Shown one piece after another: positions 27,211-38,240 of a stretch of DNA of 64,000 nucleotides. A program made the translations under genes and the position numbers. Under the pieces are notes generated by a model, which saw only the letters and a list, made by a program, of their open reading frames with translations, ran no database searches and was not told where the DNA came from. This DNA comes from Neoechinorhynchus agilis (Eukaryota; Animalia; Acanthocephala): positions 6,294,389 through 6,358,388 of the forward strand of contig CM121343.1 of NCBI GenBank assembly GCA_051530055.1, given 5' to 3'. Position 1 is the stretch's first letter. The number at the start of each line of letters is the position of its first letter.

Positions 27211-27860
27211 TAAAGTGATCAAGGCGACCCAGAGGTATGTGGGTCCTCTTCTTAAACAAAATAAATCAAACGTGTTGTTGAATGTACACTTTAGCTTTTG
27301 AAATTGGAACTCAGCACCTATCGCTTTCATCTTCTATACCTTCCATTCAAATTGTGCATGTCGAAAAAGTCTTGAAAATACAGACTCGTATCCACTTTCA
27401 TATCAGAATTTGTGACTAAGATTATCACTATTGAGTATCGATCATAGAGTTGCTCAGCCGGCGTGATCATTGTGTAATCTGCGCTTTTATTGCATTCTCT
27501 TGCATTATACTGCAAGACTTTGGATTTTGTTTCAAGGAAAAAAGTTCAGAAAGTTGCGCATCATAAGTTCATATCCAATCCACCGAATTTGAGCGATCCG
27601 TATTACAGAGAAAAAATATGCCTGGGAGCATCTTTGAATGAAAATGAAAACTTACACGGGATTTAAATCAGAGAATAAGAGTAATGGGGAAGATTTCCAA
27701 TTATAATCCCCACGTGAAAGGCATGAGTTATGTATACTAGACGGTCAGAAATCATTTCATGATTTTGGAATATATCATAATCATCCATGAATCGATGCCA
27801 TAAGACAACGAGAATTTGTGTTAAAAAATATGTGTAAGTTTGAAGAGTTACCCTTCTCAA
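27211..27860 (-). CDS. Possible unidentified gene fragments abutting the array
   Basis: Three short protein-like ORFs (27663-27860, 27327-27515, 27211-27330). Two overlap by ATGA, as a 1-nt indel would produce. No family recognised. Confidence 0.25.
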
Positions 27861-28100
27861 TATTTAATATTGACCGTGTATTACCGGCGCTCAGAGTTAG
27901 ACATAAATTTTTGTTAAAATGCATTTGCTCAAATTTTCTTTTATTGAAAAATACGATAAATATTTAAAATGTCCAAAAACGACAACTTTAAATTGTTTGA
28001 AGTGCTTTTCGTTTAAATACACTTGAACGTGACCTAAACGTTATGTAAAATACGCATAGCAAATGCGATTTTTTTTTCTGAATTTGCTAAATAGATTGAA

Positions 28101-29163
28101 ATGCCTGGAAGCAATGAGTTGCAGGCGGAAAGAGTAGAATTGAATAAATGCCCTCGTTGTCATGAGCCAATATTTGAGGATGATATTCACTATCGAGTGT
28201 TTGACAATTTGTACCATATTGACTGCCTCAAATGTTCTGATTGTGAACTGTCACTTGTTAAGTCAGCTTGCTACTCCGATGAACATGGAGCTTTATTCTG
28301 TGAAGCGCATTACTTCGACAACCATGCTCCGAAGTGTCTCATTTGTAACAAAATGATTCTTAGTGTAGACTTGATCACTGTCCGAATAAACAGAGATTGC
28401 TTTCATATAGAATGTCTTCGTTGTAATGAATGTCAGCAACTCATCTGTCCAAATGATCCGATAAATCTGATCCGCGTTTGGGATACGGTAAACAGTGAAC
28501 GCAAATTCGTTCTATGTGACAATCATTATGTTGGCCGTCAGAATACGATGAACACTGCGAACAATGTAACTGGTGGATCGCATCCAAGAGTGATCGAAGG
28601 AATTACAAGAAATGTAGATGAGGCGGCCGGAATTAGATTGGTTCATGGATTTGCAATGTCTACTTCGAACGACACATTTACTCAATCCAATGAAGTGGAC
28701 TCAACTCCAACAATGGCAGACACTATCCCGAAAAGAAAATCTAGAACCATAATTTCAAAAAAACAACTCATGGTAATTTTTTTAACATTGTGAACTCTAA
28801 TGATTCTCATTTAGATTTTACAAAATTACTATAGCAGGCAGAAAAATCCTGATTATGAAGGAATCCAGTACCTATCTGGCCGTACGGAACTTCAGCCACG
28901 AGTCGTTAAGGTACACTTTAAGAATTTTAGATCTAAAAATTCAGGTTTTTAAATAGGTATGGTTTCAGAATAAGCGAGCTGCGGAACGTAGAGCACAGAC
29001 AAAGAGTGCTAACAATGCCAGCCAAGTGGGTGAGTATAGATCATCTAGGAGTGGAGATGACGATGAAGCTGCAAAAGTTATTCAAGAATTGCCCGATGTT
29101 ATAAATGAGTTCAGCTGCGCATATAAGTTAAAAGAAGATGATAAATTAAACTTCAATGAATAA
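28101..29163 (+). CDS. LIM-homeobox transcription factor (2 LIM domains + homeodomain), 3 exons
   Basis: Two C-x2-C..H..C..C..C..C..[HC] LIM domains. Splicing 28101-28772, 28815-28910 and 28957-29163 (GT-AG introns of 42 and 46 nt) gives KRKSRTIISKKQLMILQNYY...RTELQPRVVKVWFQNKRAAERR. Subfamily not assignable. Confidence 0.92.
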
Positions 29164-31670
29164 ATCAATATCGCATCAAACGAAAACACAATATCGTTCA
29201 AAGTGTTCTTTACAATTACCAATTTTGATCAAAGAAAATTGATTAATTTTTTCCCTTGTACTCGTTGAACCCTGCGATCGATCAGTGTTATGTTTTTAAT
29301 GTTTAGTTTTTGAGCCATGTCCTTAAATATAATGGTTTTCGACTTGATAGTTTTTAGCTGCTTATCAAAATAATCGACGTTACCCTGCTTAAATTTTAGA
29401 ATTCCATTGGATTTGCCTCATTGCAATCCTTTTGCTAAAAATAATGCGTTAATATTCCAATGTTATCGGACTTTATTTTTCTAATATAGTAAAAAATTGC
29501 TTTAAGGGCAAGACATCATCACTTTAACAAAGACTGAGGAGGCGAGGTTACCAAAATATTTCCCCTATAAATCAAATATGTGATGACCGGTTGATTATTT
29601 TCACCAAAAGTATATACTCTGATTATCCCGAAGGATTTTCTCTGTCGATGATACACAAGGTGTTTCGCTCGGTTTTTCTAATTTTAATCCAACTGAAACT
29701 AGAATACCGACATATTATTCGTTATAATTGGAATACAAGAGTTCCTTTTCCGACATAAATTCAACTTAGGCACTATTGGCTTTCGACATTTTCTTTAAGA
29801 ATACCAATTTCCATAAAAGTTATAAGATAAAACTTTAAAAAAATCAAGAAAGTGGATGAACTTGCGCAATTTGTTCGTAACTTAAAAATCTCCCATTAGT
29901 TACTTCGACAAATATAAATTGAATAGAGGTGGAATTTTATTAAAACGGTAATGTAAATAAGGCGACGAAAAGTAATTTGCAGAGCGTGAAACATTTGTAA
30001 AGAATAATTAAATAAAATGCAAGTCACATAATCGAATACACAGTATTACACTGATGAATTTGTTTATCCACGTTCTGCTAATCTTTTTATTCGTAAAAGT
30101 GTAGATGAAATGTTGAAGCGAATCAGAAAAGGAATGCTTCAATGGAAAATATGTTTCGCCGTTCTCATTGGAACGTTGAGCGCTTGGAGATTAAAAAAAA
30201 ATTTAAAGTGTTACATAAAAATTAATAAAATCATTCACAAAAAGAGCGTTTCTAGTTCACGTTTGCGATTATTTTAAATGAGCACCCTCACTACCTCATA
30301 AATTGAAAAATGATTCGCTTGAGTCTAAGGCAAAACGTATTCAGCGCATTTTCGATTATGAACAAATTTAGTCAATAGTGAAATACGAAAATAGAGCCGT
30401 ACGATTTTGTTTCGACCAAGAATGATTGCCCCCAGTTTCACATGGGTGAAAACTCGAAATCGCGTAACATTTTCTAACTCCATGGTGTCAATTTTTAGGT
30501 GTTCGTCGAGCGGAACTTTGCAATAAAGGAAGTATGGGTTATAATCCCAAGAATCTTAAATGGAGTACGCCAGCCGCGTTGCGCAATATCCGGTTTGCAT
30601 TGTCATGTTGCGAAATGGTGGGCCAAAAATTACAGTGGTATGCCAAGGGTTACGAAGTTTTACTTTCGACACTAAAAAAACTGAATCGCCGAAGCTTGGG
30701 ATTCACATAACGGCGGCAAAGAAAATGTTAGTATTAATATCTGCGAATGTAGGATTTTAAATTGGAAAATGCATAAACCTAATCTCTTCTTTTTTTTCAC
30801 AATGATGTAACATAAGTTTTACTGGGAAATGATTAAATTATTCGGACTTTGTAGTCACTTAAAAAAGAGCGAGAAGCGTATTACTTGTCTATTGGATGAT
30901 TTAGTTGGCAGTTGATGAAACCATTAATAGTGCGGACAGATTTATCCATTTCAATTTTGCACACTATTTTTCTCCTTCACAGACAACTCGTATTTTATCA
31001 AGACGACGAAATACTAAAATTGCTGATTGTATCGCCTCAACGGGTTCCCCTGTCCTACAGCGTAGCAATGGAAGCACGATAGGAAATGATAAAATCATGG
31101 TACCAAAGATGCAATATTTGCAATGGCTAGGATATTTCCCTTCACTGGAGTGATGATAAATGAAACCCATACGTTCCGAGTAGTCTGTGTGGAGCAGTGA
31201 TTTATGAGTTGCCTGGGACATGTTAGGTAGCTAGAGTATGTGCACATTTTGACCATTATTGTCTTCTCCTGGAGTCTAGACCTTATGAGATTTTATAATG
31301 CAAATGAGCTTCATGTCTGAAGGTCTAATTTCCTTTTTATCTTACTACTTAGACATCATGAGAACCTAGACACTGGCCGTGAATAAAATTAGATTCGTAC
31401 TAGAGGACGATGACATCCGGTTCCTAAGTCTTTAGTACAAATATTCAATGCTTACTAGACGTACATGTCTCATTGCATGTAAATGAAATTAACGTCCATA
31501 TTACTGTCTAGATCACCACAATATTGATCGGTCAACATGAAGGTGCTGTGTAAACGAAAGTGTATTTGTGATTTTTCTCTTTCGTAAATACTATTATGAT
31601 CGCGAACAAAATCGTTCCGTAAGTCCATAAAATATTTGAGCTTAATCAATTCTTTTTATGGGAAAGACTA

Positions 31671-32764
31671 TTGTTATTATCTTCAAACGTTCGTTTTGGT
31701 TTCGCGGATATATTGATGAGACATGGAGACACTGTTATTTTGGAATGTGAACCAGCTAATATAAATCAATACGGAAATTATAAATGGGAATTAAATGGAC
31801 ACACCTTGAGCAATACCGCGAGCACGCTTGTTCTTTTCAAAGTCAAACCGTTCAATAGTGGCCAATATACTTGTTATAATGAAGGACTTTTGTATTCGAA
31901 GTTTAACGTCATCGTGGGTTCAGGTATTTTAAGTTCTCAAAATTATTGAGTTAACCTTTTTTTATTAAGATTCTGTCCTGGAGTTGCGACCAAGTGTAAG
32001 CTTTCTACAAGCTTCCAACGGTGAAAACATAACGATTTCGTGTGCAGCGTCCGGAAATATTTCACTTATCGAGGTATTTTCACTTAAATAACGATCGGTT
32101 CTTTTCGGGCGAAGAAATTAAAATGATTTTTTTAAATCCAATATTTCCATTGGAACAATCTTGTACGCGTTTTTTTCAAGGTTGCTTGTAAGCCTTGAAA
32201 TATGTGAGTAATAAAATCATTTTAATTTCCAATATGAACAATTCAATCTTCAAACAAGAATAAAGATCTTTTTAACGTGCTATTTTAACCACACAGTGGA
32301 TGCGATGCAGCAATAATTGGCATGACGAACTCACCCAAGAAAATTTTGAAGTTGAGCCTTTATCAAATAGTAGGGCAATCATCAATCACAATGGTCACAT
32401 CAGCTTCCTAACGCTCGTCAATGTCAATCAGGACGATTCAGGTTGTTACCAATGTCGTATGCTGACTGGAAGTATAACTTACGCTCATGTATATATCTCA
32501 GTGATTGAAGGAACAAGTATGCTTAGCGATTTTTCAGAAAGCAAAGTTTTTTTAGTTCTAGACAACAATATCCTCAACGGCATTGCAATTGCAATATTCT
32601 TATCATTTTCTACTTGCATCATTTGTGCCATATTGCGAACGTCTGTCCAATCGCGACAATGCAAAGAAGGAACTAGCCGAAGATTGGCCTTATCGGTGGC
32701 ATCGTCACAATCATCCAACCAAATCAGCGATCTTTTCAATTTCGATCCTTTAAACTTTGTATAA
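31671..32764 (+). CDS. Ig-superfamily single-pass membrane protein (about 2 Ig domains + TM); 5' exons unresolved
   Basis: V.LEC...YKW.LNG...L.L..V...NSGQYTC; ITISCAA; LTLVNVNQDDSGCYQC; then hydrophobic IAIAIFLSFSTCIICAIL-R. Confidence 0.8.
32115..32229. mobile_element. Small MITE-like element in Ig-gene intron
   Basis: 15-bp TIR aattaaaatgatttt/aaaatcattttaatt. A related sequence at about 43565-43665 has the internal part inverted. Confidence 0.45.
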
Positions 32765-33037
32765 ATTCGGGCTTTTATGTAAATAAACAAATGAACGGTG
32801 TTATTTGCTGCAAAGTGTATCAATGCTTGTACGCTACCAACAATACAGCCCCCATTTAAATTACTAACGTGTCTGACTTACAAGCAACGAGACCAAACTT
32901 TAAAACAAATTTCTCCACTTTATGAAACACCTGAACACGAGCAGTAGTGATTCACTGTAGCACCTATTTGCTCCTCAAAAGCACTTGAGCTACTAAATAC
33001 GTGACTTAATTCACTGCCGCTGTCTAGAAAAAGCACA

Positions 33038-34212
33038 ATGAGTATGGAGAATGCAAGCGAAAAAAAGAATGCTGAAATTAAAATCGGGTTAGATTCCGCG
33101 AGATAACACCGACGGTTGAATTTTCACTAAAAACATTTTATAGAAAACTCGCATTGCCAACAGTTATTGGTTATGGAGTTCAGGAACCTGGACTCTCGGT
33201 AAAAAAGATGCACATAGGAAGGCGAATTCCAGATCCAATGGATGTTGGAATCCGCGTCCAGTTTTGTGGAATATCTTTGACCGACGTTAAAATGATGGAG
33301 AATGAATTTGGTAAATCCCAATATCCAATGATACCTGGTCATGAAATAACTGGCTTCGTGGTTGTAACTGGTAAGAAGGTGACTAGATTTCAAGTTGGCG
33401 ACAGGGTCGGAGTTGGATTTCTTGCCAACTCATGCAGAAAATGCCCCCCGTGTCTAACAAAAAGAGAACAATACTGTACTCGTGAGCTGTGGACGATTGG
33501 TTATAGTCCATTTTACGGTGGTGAAAACTATATAAAAGGAGGACTGTGTACCTACATCTCAGCTGATGAGCAATTTGTGTTTCACATACCTACGTTATTG
33601 CCAATGGAAATTGCAACGCCACTTTTAAGTTCTGGGGCTGAAGTTTATGCCCCATTAAAACAAGCTCGAATTTCATCACGGACTCGTGTAGCTGTCGTGG
33701 GTTTCATAGGCTCCGGTCATATAGCGATCATGATTGCAAAAGCAATGGGTGCAAAAGTCTGGCTCGTGGAGTCCGAAAAAGACATTGAAGTGGACGCAAA
33801 ATCATGTGGTGCTATTGGTTTCATTTTAGCAACGGATTCTGAGGCTATGAACAAACATAGCAATACGTTTGATATAGTCATGGATACAACCACCGGAAGG
33901 TTCGATTATAATGATCTACTGAGACTTTTGCGATGCGATGGAAAGTTACATGTTATCGGTATAAACGGCAAAATGATAAATATCGATATAAGCGAGCTCG
34001 TAACAAGGAGAATAAGTATTACCGTTTCCAGAAATGCGTGCCGCAGTGAGACCCAAGAAGTTCTCGATTTTTGTGCTATGCAAAGAATTAAGCCTAAACT
34101 TGAATTGACCAAGATCAATCATATAGATGAGGCGCTTGAAAAGCTTAAAACAAACAACGTACGTAACTCACTTGTTATCGATGTCGATTCTATGAGAGAT
34201 GATGAATTTTAA
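33038..34212 (+). CDS. Cinnamyl-alcohol-dehydrogenase (CAD/YahK)-family MDR Zn alcohol dehydrogenase-like protein
   Basis: PMIPGHEITG, GDRVGVG, CRKCPPC-x7-C structural Zn site, PLL..G..VY.PL, VAVVG..G.GH.A...AKAMGA. ATG at 33038 joins the long ORF in frame through a phase-2 GT-AG intron at 33088-33143. Confidence 0.9.
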
Positions 34213-36334
34213 ATTTGATATCATAATGAAAAATCACCACGATTGATTTAGAAAATCTATTTACCTTCGTCAATTTTAACCTAATAATAAATACACTTCG
34301 AACAACGGTCTTCTTCATGTCAATTGCTCCATGATTTAAACTTTTCATGATGCCAGTAGCCAGAGAGCCATTCTGCTCTTATTTTAACGTTCATGGATTT
34401 TTAATAAAGTTTCGTTTACCGCCTTTATTGTTTTTCAACTATCAGATAACACATTCTAATTCCGAGCGAACACTCACTGCGCTTTTTTACGCTTATTTAT
34501 TTTCCAGCCTTACATGCTATTGAAGTCACCAGCTCCCCAAAAAGCACTACTTTTATCCCTCGCTCAAAAAATTAACTTAAAAAGGAGAGCGAGTAGTTGC
34601 TAAAATTTTCCAGGGATCCTTCTCCGCCATGTTTCGTGTGATTTGTATAAATTGCTTCAATTGTTCGTCGTTTAATTGTTTTGTTCTGCTCTGGACTTCT
34701 TTGGGGGTATATGTCTTCTGCTTGTTAAAAGAGAATCTAACCATTTGTTATTAGTCGGTAAAAAATTAACAATTCTGGAACCATACTTTGGATGAAAATG
34801 AAGAGGAGATAAGAGGTTCCTATTTACATAATAAAGTTTCCTTAAACATGATTTTCGTTTTTTCATAAAAATGTTAAAAAATTGACTCTAAGTTCGGGCG
34901 GTTCTTAAGAGATTGTTATTTATTCCTAACTTTAGAGATTTATTGATTGTACTTTATGAAAGATGCTCTTAAGGACGTATTTATAAAATTTTATTAATGG
35001 CGCTCGAAACAATATAACATTTATGCGAAAGTTCAAGCTGAAATAAAAAATTTTGGTGTTCATAATGGTCGCTTATTTTTCTTTTTATTTATAATTTTTT
35101 ACCAATTCCAACACTATATTTTCCTTTTACTGAGGCGCTTTGTCACATCTACAGCAATCGATAGAATTTGCACTGCAATTGCTTTTTGTTTTGATAAAAG
35201 TTGTTATGGTATTTAATTTTTGCCAGCATGCCAAACGTTACTTATTGCCTCCAGTTTTTGACGTTCCTCGTATTTAAAAACCGGATTTGTACTTTTTCAT
35301 TCGTTGGAAGTTTCAAATAAAATAAGGATTGTAAAGAAATTATTCATTATAGTTTCAATTGGCGATGTTTGATTCAGAAATAGATTTATCTTGAAAATTT
35401 TCAGCCTTTTCGTTGGCCTTCTTCAGTCAATTGTTTCGCAAATTTTTCACTGACAAACTTTCAAGATTAATCTACTTCTGAATCAAACATAGTTAATTGA
35501 AACTGAAAATGAGGATTGCTGTACATGCGGCGTATATAAGACTATTTCCTAAATGAGTAACTGAATTGTATTTTCTTAACAAACTTTCTTCGTTTTTGAT
35601 TTTTCTTCGAAAATTTCGCAGTGAAATTGGAATCAATTATGGGAAACATTTTCGTTGCTGAACGCGTGCATTTGTCGATCGCTCATTTGTTAAACTAATA
35701 GCAAAAAAGGTTTTTAATATAAGCATTATTTCAACTGTAAAGCACATTTAGAGTGTTTTTAAGATTCACGAGCTTTGATTCGTTGTTTTAAGAGTCAACA
35801 AATGATATTAAAAGAAGATTGCTTAAACTGAGCCAATTTCCATTCATGAAACTATTTTCTACTCAGGATCTATTAAAAATGCAATAGTTCGTTCGCAGAA
35901 CAATAGTGATCTTCATGCCAAATATGCACTTGTTGGCATAATCAGCACGAAGGGAAAGTTGATATAAAGAAGGCTTAATCCATAGAATGTACCCTTAGAA
36001 CAATCATAAAGGGGAGAACAAAACATAACAAAGGGTTGACAACCTAAAAAGCTCTAAATGCATAAAGAATGATGAGATGGAAAGTACAAAGCCAAGTGGT
36101 TCATGTCCTCAAAGAAGGCAATTCTGCTGGTACGTTTCGCTGCCACGAAGGCGTCAACGAATGTTTCGCTTATCAGTTCTCTGAGATACTAGTTTCTGGG
36201 ACTTAAACCCATGGAAACTAAGCACTCAATATCTTTTCATCGTCGTGCCTATCGAGAAACCTACAGCACGTATCGTTATAAAATTAGCAAAGTCTTTTTC
36301 GTTATGGAGGAAAAGGTTTTTCGATTCATGTTTC

Positions 36335-37305
36335 ATGAAAATTAAGAATCAATCAAAATTTGATCACACGTTTCACACTTTAGGCCAAACTTACGACTTC
36401 CTATATTTAGATTTACAAACAAACCGGAATATTTATATTCAAATTTGTTTATTTCTAATAATGCTGGCAGCATTCATTTCCCTGATAACTTGGAGTATAC
36501 TTGTTCCAAAAGCAGGATCCGCCCCTTGCGACCTAATCAAGCAAGATTACACACTCCGTCTTCATGGAAGCGAATGGCTAACGGATCCCAAATGCCTTAA
36601 CTTATACGAAGACCGAGCAAAAGTGAGATTAGTCGAGCACGTTAATAAGACTTTGGAGTACAAAGGATGTACAAAAGCAACACCACGATGTGAATAATGA
36701 CTTCTTTATTGTCTCGAGAAACCAAGAAGTCATTTCTTAAAGAACATGCTTATTTTAATCACTCATTGGGGATAAGAATGAATACTCCACCTTGCTGTCG
36801 CATGAATGCCGTCAGCGTCTACCGAGATGTAATTGATTTATTCGAGAAATATGGAATTCGCTATGTCCTCTTCGGTGGTAGTGTTTTAGGTCTAGTACGG
36901 CATATGGGTAAAATGATCCCTTATGATGATGATATTGATATTATTGCAGATCTTCGCGATCGAAACACGTTCAATACGAAATGCAAACCTGAGCTAGAAA
37001 AACGTGGAAGATTTGTTAAAGAGACCCTTAATCCACATCAAACTCATATAAAAGCAAGTCAGTTTAATCAGATGACTGCAGATATCTTTTGGTTTAGTTA
37101 TACGTCAGGCAATAAAATAGAAATTCACTTTAAAAACCTAAAGTTTCCAAGATCCATGTTTTTCCCCGTCAAACGGCAGATTTTCGAGGGAATAATGGTT
37201 AATGTGCCAAACAAAGCAATAAATTTCGTCAAGGAAAGATATGGAAAAAACTGGAATGTGGAGCTTAGCTGCCAAAAACGCTCTGGTCATAACTGTGTCG
37301 CTTGA
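36335..37305 (+). CDS. LicD/fukutin-family phosphotransferase, type II membrane protein, with a 1-nt frameshift near 36692-36699
   Basis: N-terminal TM (ICLFLIMLAAFISLITWSILV) and YVLFGGSVLGLVRH.G.MIPYDDDIDI. The two ORFs overlap at TAATG. Confidence 0.8.
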
Positions 37306-37964
37306 GAAATAACTTGTTAAACATCTACTGGTTACAATAAACGCGTTTTGAGCAGTCGTTTAGGATATAATTCACTCACAGAAAAAAGGCAAAATTATCT
37401 AACAGACTCAATTTAGACGCATTTTATCCACAAAGGTGATATTTCTTGGCGCAGTGTTGCTTGAATCCACTTTGGTTTCCAGCGTTCAACAGAACAAGAA
37501 TGATCCAAAAGACCTCTCCAGGAGTTAATCTTGCGGATCCATACTCCATTAGCGAAAGATGTTTTTGCCACCGCCGCTAGATCTATTATCACTCTTCACG
37601 ATCCTGTGAAGACATTCGATTCTCCTTGGTAAAAGCGACCTCGGTTAACATTCAAGTCCCCCGGTGGTCGGGGAGCGCAAATCATTTGGCACGAACAAAT
37701 AGTGTGATGGTAGCATGCAGAATGCGCAGTTTTCGAACACTTAGGTTTGCCATTTGAAGAGACATAGGTATAAACCTCAAAAATTATTTTATAACTATGC
37801 TGATTACAAGCTTAACTTACTCTTTGATCGTCAACTCTCAAGGGATCCAAGTGAAAATAAGTAGGTGGAGAATACTCGGTACATAATGAGTACTGGTGAA
37901 AATCTGAGCGTTCATCGCCTCTTGACCTAAAAGTAAATATTGGCGATATGAAGAGTGCCCGATT

Positions 37965-38240
37965 TTACCTTCGGCAGTAAATGGAAGCCAAGATAAAAGT
38001 GAAGATTATACTGAAAACGGCGCATACGATTGAAATTGCCAATATAATTGCACTGGAATTCTCATAATTGTTGTTATTTGGGTGAGAAGGAGAATTGTCA
38101 ACTGGCTGTAGGATAGGACAAGTATCGACGATCGGATAGTTCCTGTAGCGAACTGGAGGTCGTGGTGGCGGCGGTACAGTGAATTTTGGCGGAGGTGGTA
38201 GCATTCGTTGCTGGCACAGGCACTGTTCCCTTCTATTCAT
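37965..38240 (-). CDS. First exon of a small Pro-rich single-pass membrane protein, unknown family
   Basis: Pro-rich tract, hydrophobic AIILAISIVCAVFSIIFTFILASIYC followed by RR, and a splice donor (ag|gtaaa) near 37968. Confidence 0.4.
   Translation of the reverse strand: MNRREQCLCQQRMLPPPPKFTVPPPPRPPVRYRNYPIVDTCPILQPVDNSPSHPNNNNYENSSAIILAISIVCAVFSIIFTFILASIYCRR

Noticed and set aside
33038-37305. Bacterial contamination or a bacterial operon (CAD + LicD, TAATG coupling)
   Set aside because: CAD has a spliceosomal-type intron, the neighbours are intron-containing metazoan genes, there are no Shine-Dalgarno or operon cues, and TAATG is better explained by a 1-nt indel.
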